DNA of 61,270 bases, counting the filler. It is 4 parts of 4 records of this genome, joined end to end, with 100 filler letters (N's around TTAATTAATTAA, not from the genome) between each part and the next. Parts side by side here need not be neighbours in the genome. Positions count along the whole stretch, not along the records: positions 1 to 10,724 come from SRR20825010_3663; positions 10,825 to 29,094 come from SRR20825010_3666; 2 more parts are not named here. The stretch is one strand, 5' to 3'. Both the position numbers and the translations under genes were made by a program. Below, one piece after another: positions 9,369-19,260 of the stretch. Numbering within the stretch: position 1 is the stretch's first letter; each line of letters opens with the position of its first letter. The notes under the pieces were generated by a model. The model worked only from the letters and a program-made list of their open reading frames with translations. It did no database searches and was not told the DNA's origin.

Positions 9369-10724
9369 AACGGTTATCGTATAAATTATAAACATTTATG
9401 TATGCGGGTACACTAACACCTTTCCGGATATGATTTGTTATCGTACATTAATCGTAAACACACAAAAAACGAGGGCTTACCATGTTGTTTGTAATATTTA
9501 CGCACGTTGTATATGCTACGTCTATTGTATACGTGTGGTATAAAGATATACGTTCAGTATTAACAGTATCCACGGGGTGGTGTATGTACGCACATGAGTT
9601 GTATACTACTGTTATGCATTACAGCCTACAGGATTTATTACCACAACAAATTACTGTGGTGTATATTACTAATATACAACAAATGCGGGTATACCTTTCC
9701 TGTATGTGTAATTGTTTATTTACAAAAAACAAAAACACACCACACAATTTTATATTGGTCTACGTGGGTAGTTACTACATCCTACACGGAGTATAACGCG
9801 AACCGTACACGTCAAGTTTTGTTTTTTTTGTTTTTGGGTTGGTGTGTGCTTGCTATGTATGGTTCCCGGGAAAGGTGTGGTAGCAATCGTGTTGTATATG
9901 TACACCTTTCCTATTAGAACTATGCGTAAATGTATGTGCCTTACACAAAACACAACGTACAATAACCGAGTTGGGACACGTACTTCGTACATCATGTTCC
10001 GTAGTATTGCTAGTATGTTGCATGGTGTGTATATACCTAGTTTACACACCTTTCCTAAGGCACGTAAAAGCATGGGATATACATAAAAACAAAAAAGGAA
10101 GGTTCCATAATTATGTATACACCACGCTACGTAATGTGTGTATGCATACACTATCAAAGTGGATCCTACTGGTATTTCCGGGGAATACACATGTGCATTT
10201 GACTTTGTATTATTTATTTCGTGATAACGAATATATGTATACACATGCTCGGTCCATGGAAAGGTGTACTACCACAACATACGTGCTATATGGGTATACA
10301 TGTGCACGCAACGCAAAGAACGCGTACCCTCCACTGGAAATATATGTCTATACGTTACACCTTTCCGTATGCGTTACGTTTATGTTTGTATATGCATACA
10401 ATCACAAACAGAACGTACAAATAAAAAAATGAAAACACGCTGTTAAGAGTATAAGCATTACAATACACGCACAGTATGGTGTAAGGTACTAGTTGGACTG
10501 TTAATAATACGTCACGCGCATCCGAGGGTGTGCACCTTTCCTATACACCATGTACAAACCCGGATCATAAACAATTCACACAAACAAAACTGTATAGCGT
10601 AAAGTACTACGTATATAGGTGTGAATTGTAAACAATGTCGTGTACAAGTAAAGGGACAAGAGTTAATTACGACATTAATACACAAACTTTTATTGGGAAG
10701 TTATCTCAGGTTTAAGAAACTTCC

Positions 10725-10824
10725 NNNNNNNNNNNNNNNNNNNNNNNNNNNNNNNNNNNNNNNNNNNNTTAATTAATTAANNNNNNNNNNNNNNNNNNNN
10801 NNNNNNNNNNNNNNNNNNNNNNNN
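10725..10824. other. Artificial contig spacer
   Basis: N-run + TTAATTAATTAA (stops in all six frames) + N-run; composition changes abruptly. Confidence 0.99.
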
Positions 10825-13800
10825 GCTGACCAAGGCGTACGTGAACGTGTCGCCAGCATCCGCATCGGTCGTGCTCAACGCACCCACTGCGGTTCCCGAT
10901 GCGACGTCTTCAGCGATGGTGTCGTTGTCAATCGCGATCGCGGTTGGCACGGCGTTCGTGCCGGTGATCGTAATCGTCAGGATCTGCGTGATGGTTGCTC
11001 CTGCCGAGTCCGTCGATTGAACACGAACCGAGTACGACGATTGGGTGTCGAAGTCGAACGTCGTTGCCGTCACCAAGTTGCTGCCATCAATCGAGAAGGC
11101 GGCGTTGTCGGTGTCGCCTTCCCCGCTGACGAGGGCATATGTGAACGTGTCACCAGCGTCAGCGTCCGTCGTGCTCAGAGCACCAACGACAGTGCCAGAT
11201 GCCACGTCTTCGGAGATCGTTGCGTTGTCAATCGCGAGCGACGTTGGAGCGTCGTTGGAATCGGTGATCGACAGAGTCAGAATTTGTTCAAACGTGGCTC
11301 CACCCGAATCGGTCGTTTGCACTCGAATTGAGTAAGACGACTGAGTCTCGAAGTCAAACGTAGTGGCTGTCACGAGATTGCTGCCACTGATCGTGAAGGC
11401 AGCGTTGTCCGTGTCGCCTTCGCCGCTGACCAAGGCGTAGGTGAATGTGTCCGAAGCATTCGCGTCGGTCGTGCTGAGCGATCCCACGGTGGTTCCGACG
11501 GTCGCGTGTTCTTCGATGTCCGTGTTGTCGATCGAAATCGCGGTTGGCGTTTGGTTGGCTTCGCTTTCCGTGATCGTGATCGTCAAGACTTGCTCGAAGG
11601 TTGCTCCGGCCGAGTCTTCCGTTTGGACACGAATCGAATAAGACGACTGGGTGTCGAAGTCGAACGTGGTTGCGGTCACCAAGTTCCCGCCACTGATGGT
11701 GAACGCGGCATTGTCGGTGTCACCTTCTCCACTGACCAGCGTGTAAGTAAATGTGTCCGATGCATCGGCGTCGGTCGTGCTGAATGCACCCACCGTGGTA
11801 CCGGACGCGGCATCTTCCGAAATGCTGCTGTTGTCCAGCGAAATCGCGGTGGGAACTTCGTTGGTGTCAGTCACGGTGATCGTGAGGACTTGTTCGAAAG
11901 TCGCGCCGGCGGAATCGGTCGTCTGAACTCGGATCGAGTAGGACGACTGAGTTTCAAAGTCGAACGTGGTCGCGGTGACGAGGTTGTTTCCGCTGATGGT
12001 GAAGGCAGCGTTGTCCGTGTCGCCATCGCCACTGACCAAGGCATAGGTGAACGTGTCCGATGCATCGTCGTCCGTGGTGGTGAACGAGCCAACCGTCGTT
12101 CCTGACGCGGTGTCTTCTGCGATCGTGCTGTTGTCGATCGCGATCGCGGTCGGAGCATCGTTCACGTTTGTGGCGGTGATCGTGAACGTTTCCACGGTCG
12201 ACAATCCAAACGGATCGGTGCTTTGGATTCGAACCGAGTAAGACGATTGGGTTTCGAAGTCCAACGATGCGGCGGTCACCAAGTTGTTGCCGTCGATCGC
12301 GAAGGATGCATTGTCGGTATCCCCCGTGCCACTGACCAACGTGTAGACGAACGAGTCCATTGTGTTGGCGTCGGTCGTGCTGAGCGTGCCGACGGTGGTT
12401 CCGATGTCTGCGTTTTCCTCGACGTCGTTGTTGTCAATCGCGATGGCGGTGGGTGCCACGTTGGTCGACGTGATGGTGATCGTGAACGTTTCTTCGGTGG
12501 ATAGCCCCTCCGCATCCTGCGCTCTCACTCGCACCGAATAAGACGATTGGGTTTGCTGGTTGGCCGCAAACGCGGTGACCAATTCTCCATTGGAGATGGT
12601 GAACGAGGCGTTGTCCGTGTCGCCGGTTCCCGAAACCAACGTGTAGGTGATCGTGTCGCCGGAATCCGGATCATCGGTGCCCAGAGTTCCAACCGTCGTG
12701 CCGCTTGGTTCACCGGTTGCGACGTGGGTGCCCGACAAAGTGATCGTGGTTGGTGCTTCGTTGACACTGGAAACCGTGATGGTGAAGGTTTCTTCGGTGA
12801 ATCCGCCCGTCGAGTCGGTGCTGCGAATTCGGATCGTCAGCGTGCCTTGCGTTTCGGCATCCAAAGATCCGGCGGTTTGCAATTCATCGCCGTCGATTTG
12901 GAACAACGCATTGTCGTCGTCGCCTTCACCGGTCACGAAGGTGTACGTGAACGTGTCACCGGATGTCGGGTCGGTGGAACTGAGGGTGCCCACGGTATCT
13001 CCGGCCGATCCGTTTTCAGCCACGGTGGAATCGCTGAGCGAGATCGCAGTCGGTCCTTCGTTGCTTTGAACAATCGTGAAGACTTGTTCAAAAGTTTCGC
13101 CGCCCGAATCCGTTGTTTGGATTCGGATGCTGTAACTGCTTTGCGTGTCGAAGTCGATCGTTGTCGCCGTTCGCAGTTCATTGCCCACGATGGTGAACGA
13201 GGCGTTGTCCGTGTCACCAGTGCCGGATACCAACGCATAGGTGAACGTGTCGGATGCATCCACGTCGGTGGTGGTGAAGGATCCAACGACGGTTCCCGAG
13301 ACCGAATCATCCGCAACCGAATCATCGCTCAGAGCGATCGCGGTGGGAGCTTCGTTGATGTCATCGACATTGATGGTGAAGGTCTGATCGAATGACAATC
13401 CGCCTTGGTCGGTGGTGCGAACCACGACGGTGTAGCTGCTCTTGGTTTCAAAATCGAGCGATTCTGTGGCGACCAACGAATTGCCAGAGATGGCAAATGT
13501 GGTGTCGGTGGTGCTGCCGTCGATCGAAACGATGCTGTAAGTGAACGTGTCCCCGGTGTTGCTATCGGTGGTCGAAAGGTCGCCAACCGAAGTGCTCGCC
13601 GCTTCGTTTTCAGCGATCGATGTGTCGCTCAGCGAAATCCCGGTGGGAGCGACATTTTGATCGGTAACCGTCAACGTGAAGACACGCTCAAGAGTGCGAC
13701 CAGTCGAGTCGGTGGTCTGCACGCGGATGGTGTAGGTGTCTTGCACCGATGAGTCGAAAACTTCTGCGGTCAACAAAGTGTTGCCCGAGATGGTGAACGA

Positions 13801-15138
13801 ACTGTTGTCCGTGTCACCTGTGCCAGAAACCAATGCATAGGTGTGTGTGTCGCCCGAGTCAGGATCCATCGTGGAGAACGTTCCCACGGAAGTTCCCACG
13901 GCAACATTTTCTGCCACGGTGGTGCTGGAAAGGCTGATGTTTGTCGGTGCTTGGGCATCCGGTAGATCCGGAATGTTTGGCGTCGACAATCCGACGACTC
14001 GTCGCAACAAATCGCTCGCGTCGAGTGGGCTCAGTCCGTCTTGTCCCGTCACATCACCGAGCAGGTTCGGGTCGATCGCGGCGAAAGGCACAAAGGTTTC
14101 GCCGGATGCGGTTGCGTCGGTGACAACAAAGCCGCTGTCCAAGTCGACTCCTACACGAGCAACCAACCGAGCATCTTCGGCGTCGTAACGACGGTTGGCG
14201 TTGACGTCGCCGGGGAACGCGACGACTTGAATGGCATCGTCCGCGCTGGCGGTCATGGCTCCCGCATTCACATCCAACGAACTGATCGTCAGGCTGCCAG
14301 TCGAACCATAAGGAGCGTCTTCTGGAATGGTCGCGATCAAGTCGATGATGTCGGCTTGGCCCGCGTCCATGGCCTCCAGGCTGAAGAACGTGATCGTTGC
14401 AACGCCGGGGGTGTCCAAGTTCGCTTCGACTTGGCTGCCGGTGGGGGCATCAGCACCAAGTTGAACGCCCGAGATATCAAGCAGTGCAGGATCGTACTGG
14501 ATTGTCATGGTGACCGACGTCACGCCATCCGCATTGCTCAGTTGAATCGGCAGCCCGGCTGGCAATTCCGTGCCGCTGCCACCGACGGGCAACTGAACCG
14601 TTTGGCTGGGTCCGCGAACGATGTCGGGCAACCCAACAACCAACGACGCGGGACTGGCAACGGTGAACGTCGTTACAAAGTTGCCGCCGGCGGTTCCGTT
14701 GTCATCGCCATCAAGAAGCTCGCCGTCAGCCAGATCGGTGAAGCCGTCGCTGGCACTTCGAAGAGTCGCTGTGTAGGTGTCGGCAGCGAGCGGTCCATCG
14801 GTTGCAATGAATGTAACGGTTGTGCCGTTGATAACGAGTGAACCGCGCACTTCACCAGTCGTTGCACCCTGCAACGTCACGTCAGCGGCGCCCGCCGCTC
14901 CAGCTTCAGTGTCGTACAAGTTGATTTTTTGGACGCTGATCTCTTCGCTCAACTCAGCGGTGAAGCCGGATGGAGTGGGTGCGAAGGAAGCGATCGTGGC
15001 CGCCAAAACGCGACGTGACTCCAGCGATTCGACTTTCAATCGACGATCGCTCGATCCGAGATATCGGCTCTTGTGGCGGGAATGACGGGGTTTATTCGAA
15101 GTCAGACGAGCTAGCAATCGTTGGACAGCGGGTTTCAT
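10825..15138 (-). CDS. Large planctomycete surface protein: N-terminal planctomycete extracellular motif, cohesin, dockerin, about 10 cadherin-like repeats (3' truncated)
   Basis: RRLKVESLESRRVLA motif; cohesin-like LPIQLSNADGVTSVTMTIQYDPALL; paired dockerin GDVNANRRYDAEDA / GDVTGQDGLSPLDA; repeated APTAIAIDN...DFETQSSYSIRVQTTD units. ATG at 15138. Confidence 0.9.
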
Positions 15139-15390
15139 AGATGGGAGACCTTGTTCGACCAAGGGTCGAGAGAAAAGCAATACTGCCGTCCCTGCTGAGG
15201 TTGGATTGTCACGCGGTCCCTGGCGACAAACGGAGTGCTCAATTCGAGCCCACGGTGATTTTAAGACGACGCCGAACGAATTTCGTCACCGGGCTTTTGA
15301 AATTTTTTTAGAAATTTTTTGTGCGTTGATGCGTCAGAGGTATCGTTGAGTGAGACATCGAAACAACAAGAAAGACTCTGGCAAGCTCTG

Positions 15391-16578
15391 ATGAAACCTT
15401 CTCGATCCCGTCGCCTTTCCGTTGAATCGCTCGAAGGCCGACGCCTTCTCGCAGCGGTCAATATTCCTGATGACCTCACGTCGGCACCCGATGCGATCGT
15501 CTCTGTTCCAGTGAACATTGACTCGGCAACCGGAGTGCGTGCGGCGGAGATTCGGTTGAGCTACGACACGTCGGTGTTGGATCTCGATGCTGATGACATC
15601 GACTTCGGCAGTATTTGGGGGGCCGGAAGTGACACCCAAGTCACTGCGAATGTGGACGACGCGGCGGGAACAGTGGTCATCTTTGTTTCTGCCTCCAGTG
15701 CGTTGACTGACGTTTCCGGCAGTCTGGTCGAACTTCCGTTTTCAGTGGCTAGCAACGCAGTGGTGGATAGCACCACGGTGCTGGACCTGACACAAGTCAC
15801 ATTGAACGAAGGACAAATCTCGGTCGATCCAGCACCCGTTTCCGGATCGGACTCAACCGACGGATTGATCACCATCACCGCGGCAGCAACCGGCGATGAC
15901 TCGATCTCTGGATTTGTATACGCGGACGCAAACAATGACAACGTTGTTGGAACCGGCGAAGCCATCCCGGGCGTCACAGTCACTCTAACCAACACATCCA
16001 CCGGCGCAGAATTTCAGACAACCACTGATGCCGACGGCAGTTACGAGTTCACCGATTTGGCACCCGGCGAATATGAAATTGTTCAGTCGCAACCAGTCGC
16101 TTACTTGGACAGTGGTGTCAACGAGCTGACCGTCACGCTTGTCGAAGGCACCACGCTCGAAGATCAGAACTTCCGCGAACTGGGGCTGCTTCCTCAGTAC
16201 ATCTTCAATCGCTTGCACACCAACACGGTGATGCCCGTTGGTTCCGACAATTGGAACGACGCAATCAGTGAGATCAACACCTTCGCCGAGTCAACGAATA
16301 GCTCCAGTGCGACAAGTTCTGCGGCAGCAAGTTCCAGTGTCGTGGCGGCATCCACTTCGTCCGCTAGCGGGACCGAGGCAACCACCACCGCGACCTCGGA
16401 TTCAACGGCCAGCGGCGAACCCTTGATGGATGAGTCCACCACATCGCCGGTAAGTTCCACCGCATCAAGTGTTGCCACCGCACAAACGGCGGCGATGGGA
16501 ACACCCGTTGGTTCCGGTGACGACGACTCGGATGACACCGCCGCGGTCGATGAAGTTTTTGCAAGCAATCTGTTTTAG
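15391..16578 (+). CDS. Cohesin + SdrD-B/Cna-B-like domain secreted protein with Ser/Thr-rich tail
   Basis: RRLSVESLEGRRLLA motif; VSVPVNIDSATGVRAAEIRLSYD cohesin; ISGFVYADANND...TTTDADGSYEFTDLAPGEYEI. Confidence 0.85.
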   Translation: MKPSRSRRLSVESLEGRRLLAAVNIPDDLTSAPDAIVSVPVNIDSATGVRAAEIRLSYDTSVLDLDADDIDFGSIWGAGSDTQVTANVDDAAGTVVIFVSASSALTDVSGSLVELPFSVASNAVVDSTTVLDLTQVTLNEGQISVDPAPVSGSDSTDGLITITAAATGDDSISGFVYADANNDNVVGTGEAIPGVTVTLTNTSTGAEFQTTTDADGSYEFTDLAPGEYEIVQSQPVAYLDSGVNELTVTLVEGTTLEDQNFRELGLLPQYIFNRLHTNTVMPVGSDNWNDAISEINTFAESTNSSSATSSAAASSSVVAASTSSASGTEATTTATSDSTASGEPLMDESTTSPVSSTASSVATAQTAAMGTPVGSGDDDSDDTAAVDEVFASNLF

Positions 16579-16910
16579 CGAAGCTTTTGAATCCCGCGTT
16601 TCGGGCACGAACTATTTGCTCGTGCCATGAAACAGATTTCTGTTTGCAACCTGTGCTTCCGCTTCGCATCGCCCGCTAAGAAAACGATCCGAGTCACTTC
16701 GATGACTCTCAATGAAACTCGGTTTTGCGCCAGCGAATTCTTGCAGAGTGTTCGCTGAGTGACGTTGACACAAATGTTCAGCCTGGACTACTTCTTTGAT
16801 TGAAGTCCCCAAGTTCGATTGGAGTTTCGAACTCCAATTGAATTTGCTGGGCGTTCATTGCACTCGTGATGAACAGAAGATTCCATTCGGAAACATACAT
16901 GGGAGCCAGG

Positions 16911-17546
16911 ATGGCCAAAACATGTCGCGTGTTGACGACCGAGCGTTTGGAAGGTCGACACTTGATGGCAAGTGTTTCGTTGGACCTCATCGGACCAGTT
17001 CCGATGCAAGAGTCCGTGGCGTCGATCCGAGTCGAAGATGCTCCCGCACTTCGAGCTGCCGAGATTCGATTTGAGTTCGACCCTCAGTTCGTGCAAATCG
17101 AAAAAGAAGACATCCGCCCCGGTGCGATCTGGGACAACAAAGCCGCTCTCATTGCGAATGTCGATGAGGAATCCGGCACCGTAGTTGCCTATGTGTTTTC
17201 CACTCAGCCGATCCTCGGCAGCGATGGCAACTTGCTCGACATTGAAATCGATCAATCGCGAAATGCGGCTTGCTTGACTCCGGCAAAGTTGGATCTTCAA
17301 CATGTCCGGTTGAACGAAGGCACAATCGAACTGGAATCCGAACCCGTCGCGGGACCGGACCCAACGGACCGTTCTGCAATGCGTTCCGCACGCTCGACAG
17401 ACATGTTTGCACCGCCGGAGACAAAGCCATTTATTGGCCCGGTCTTGCCGGACCACTTGAAACCCAGCCATGTGGACACGGTCATGAACGATATCTTCCG
17501 ATCACCCGTTCACGGAAGAATGCTTGGCTTTCAACGCAACGGTTGA
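16911..17546 (+). CDS. Small cohesin-domain protein, paralog of the upstream gene
   Basis: ERLEGRHLMA motif; shares RAAEIR, ANVD..GTV, LNEG and DxTD with 15391-16578. Confidence 0.8.
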   Translation: MAKTCRVLTTERLEGRHLMASVSLDLIGPVPMQESVASIRVEDAPALRAAEIRFEFDPQFVQIEKEDIRPGAIWDNKAALIANVDEESGTVVAYVFSTQPILGSDGNLLDIEIDQSRNAACLTPAKLDLQHVRLNEGTIELESEPVAGPDPTDRSAMRSARSTDMFAPPETKPFIGPVLPDHLKPSHVDTVMNDIFRSPVHGRMLGFQRNG

Positions 17547-17554
17547 ATGACCGG

Positions 17555-19117
17555 TCAACCGACAATCTCGCTGATCACACTTCCGTAGACATCGGTCAAT
17601 CGGAAGTCGCGGCCCGCATAACGATACGTCAACTTTTCATGATCCAGCCCTAGCAGGTGCAGGATCGTGGCGTGCCAATCGTGGATGTGGCATTTGCCTT
17701 CGACGGCTTCGTAACCATGTTCGTCGGTGGCTCCATAACTGAAGCCACCGCGAACTCCGCCGCCGGCCATCCAAGTGGTGTAACCCTTGTTGTTGTGGTC
17801 GCGGCCATCTCCGTTTTGAGCGTGTGGAGTTCGGCCAAATTCACCGGCCCAGATCACCAGCGTTTCATCCAGCAAACCTCGTTGCTTGAGGTCTTGCAAC
17901 AACCCCGCGATGGGTTGATCGATCTGCGAGCAATGATCGTCCATTTCATCTCGCAAGTTTCGGTGGTGATCCCATCCGGGGCTGACGCATTCGATGAATC
18001 GGACGCCGCGTTCTGCTAAACGTCGTGCCATCAAGCACTGACGACCAAAGTCATCCGTGCCCGAACCGTTGATGCCGTACAGCTCCAAGGTGTCCTGAGA
18101 TTCATCGGACAAATCGATCGCTTCGGGCATCTCGGATTGCATTCGATAAGCCAACTCAAACGATTCGATCATGCCTTCCACTTGTGGCTGGTGCCCATCG
18201 CGATCGAGTTTGTTTTGATTCAGGTTTTGAATCAGATCCAACTGAATGCGCTGCAGGTCCGGATCCAACATGCGGTTGGTCAGATTCGGAATTGCACTGT
18301 CATCGCGTCCGGCGAATTGATCGCGGAAGGGACGGCCAAACGGACGCTGTTGCATCGATGCGTCCATGCCACCCGACATCCCCATCCGCGACTCGGCGTA
18401 GCGTCGGCGTCGATCGCCGTTCATTCCCGATTGCATCCCGCGACGCATTCGACCGGGTTGATTCGAAGTGTTTGCACGCATCATGTTTTGAGCGAACCCG
18501 CCGCGGCTTCGACCGCCCGCTTTCATCTTGGTTCCCTGATAGATCGCCGGCAAGAATGAACTGGCATAGTTGCCGCTGTCACCAGGGGACGGATTCAAAA
18601 CGATGAACCCGGGCAAGTTCTCGTTTTCGGTGCCGAGACCATAAAGCGTCCACGCCCCCATCGACGGCCGCGGGAACTGGAAGTTTCCCGTGTGAGTTTG
18701 CGTGGTCGCTTGTGGGTGATTGGGCTGATCGCAATGCATGCCTCGCAGCAAACAAAGTTCATCGGCTTGCTTGGAAAGTTCAGGAAACAAATCCGAGATC
18801 CACAAACCACTATCGCCTCGCTGACGAAATTCCCACGGCGATCCCAACAACCGTCCGGTCCCGCCGTACTTGCCAACTTTGCCCGTGTCTTGTGTCAGTT
18901 GCGGTTTGTAATCAAACGTGTCGACATGTGACGGTGCACCCCGCATCGACAGAAAGATGACTCGCTTGGCTTTGGATTCAAAGTGTGGCTCTTTCACCTC
19001 CAGTGGATTGCTGGCGCGTGCTTGTTCGGTAGCCAATGCCGCGAACGCGAGGTAGCCAAATCCGCTGCTGACTGCTTTGAGTGCGTTGCGGCGAGAGAGA
19101 TCGTTTGGCTCTGACAT
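17555..19117 (-). CDS. DUF1501 family (sulfatase-like) Tat-exported protein
   Basis: SRRNALK Tat motif; AKRVIFLSMRGAPSHVDTFDYKP; GEFGRTP; GRDH; RDFRLTDVYG. Confidence 0.92.
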   Translation of the reverse strand: MSEPNDLSRRNALKAVSSGFGYLAFAALATEQARASNPLEVKEPHFESKAKRVIFLSMRGAPSHVDTFDYKPQLTQDTGKVGKYGGTGRLLGSPWEFRQRGDSGLWISDLFPELSKQADELCLLRGMHCDQPNHPQATTQTHTGNFQFPRPSMGAWTLYGLGTENENLPGFIVLNPSPGDSGNYASSFLPAIYQGTKMKAGGRSRGGFAQNMMRANTSNQPGRMRRGMQSGMNGDRRRRYAESRMGMSGGMDASMQQRPFGRPFRDQFAGRDDSAIPNLTNRMLDPDLQRIQLDLIQNLNQNKLDRDGHQPQVEGMIESFELAYRMQSEMPEAIDLSDESQDTLELYGINGSGTDDFGRQCLMARRLAERGVRFIECVSPGWDHHRNLRDEMDDHCSQIDQPIAGLLQDLKQRGLLDETLVIWAGEFGRTPHAQNGDGRDHNNKGYTTWMAGGGVRGGFSYGATDEHGYEAVEGKCHIHDWHATILHLLGLDHEKLTYRYAGRDFRLTDVYGSVISEIVG

Positions 19118-19159
19118 AACGTTGACCTGATGAGATTACGAAGTGGAGGAGTGAAGCTT

Positions 19160-19255
19160 CTTAGCGGAGCGGCGCAAGCCGCCCGGTGCGGCAATTCCCT
19201 GTGGCGTAGGCTTCCACCCTGGGAGTGAGGTCCACGAGCTGGAAACCCATTTCAC
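19160..19255. repeat. Planctomycete REP-like palindromes
   Basis: gcggcgcaagccgc hairpin plus a degenerate taggcttcca...tggaaaccca inverted pair, related to gataggcttccagcctgtc at about 21775. Confidence 0.5.
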
Positions 19256-19260
19256 ATGAT

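Larger units (their letters stand above)
172..10541. repeat. Dispersed 10-bp motif ACACCTTTCC/GGAAAGGTGT (usually TACACCTTTCC)
   Basis: Counted by eye: 49 perfect copies. GGAAAGGTGT on + at 348, 509, 834, 1903, 1999, 2102, 2632, 2999, 3170, 3856, 4053, 4359, 4513, 4802, 4988, 5186, 6198, 7728, 8042, 9127, 9869, 10258. ACACCTTTCC on + at 172, 614, 903, 1045, 1255, 1464, 1637, 2304, 2432, 2755, 4647, 5416, 5746, 6468, 6748, 6881, 7045, 7334, 7480, 8306, 8471, 8900, 9309, 9416, 9902, 10046, 10357. One-mismatch copies at 3555, 6003, 7830, 8733, 8781, 9691, 10532. Confidence 0.97.
172..10600. ncRNA. Putative array of about 56 kinetoplastid mitochondrial guide RNA (gRNA) gene cassettes on both strands
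   Basis: ORF-less contig. Each conserved 10-mer is followed about 30 nt downstream by an A/C-rich segment whose complement is U/G-rich. Several complements translate to kinetoplastid edited-protein motifs (reference peptides recalled from memory). Redundant segments sit at the same offset. Confidence 0.75.

Noticed and set aside
9092-9956. gttgtgttctgtgtaa (9092-9107) vs the reverse complement of 9941-9956 as another redundant guide pair
   Set aside because: Offsets from the motifs differ (20 vs 30 nt) and the sequence is low complexity, so it may be chance.
198-10446. The many 60-164 aa ORFs in contig 1, with recurrent RKGV, GKVY, YTFP and ERC peptides
   Set aside because: They are short, overlap on both strands, are rich in C/Y/V/T and show no domain signatures. 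The recurring peptides are just translations of the 10-bp motif.
172-10541. CRISPR array, tandem satellite or iterons
   Set aside because: The repeat is only 10-11 bp, in mixed orientation, with irregular 33-385 bp spacing and unique spacers. There are no cas or rep genes.
172-10541. DNA uptake sequence, splice-site signal, transcription-factor cluster or centromere-like array
   Set aside because: Not fully excluded, but none explains the fixed-offset, transition-variant shared segments or their translation into kinetoplastid edited-protein motifs. Uptake sequences also occur in gene-dense DNA.
150-10620. RIP-mutated fungal repeat
   Set aside because: CA/TG dinucleotides are abundant rather than depleted.
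10725-10824. TTAATTAATTAA palindromes within N-runs (also 29095-29194 and 56187-56286)
   Set aside because: These are artificial linkers, so adjacency of the four contigs has no biological meaning and no HGT is inferred.
10825-13900. About 300-bp imperfect nucleotide repeats
   Set aside because: Explained by the tandem cadherin-like domains of the CDS.
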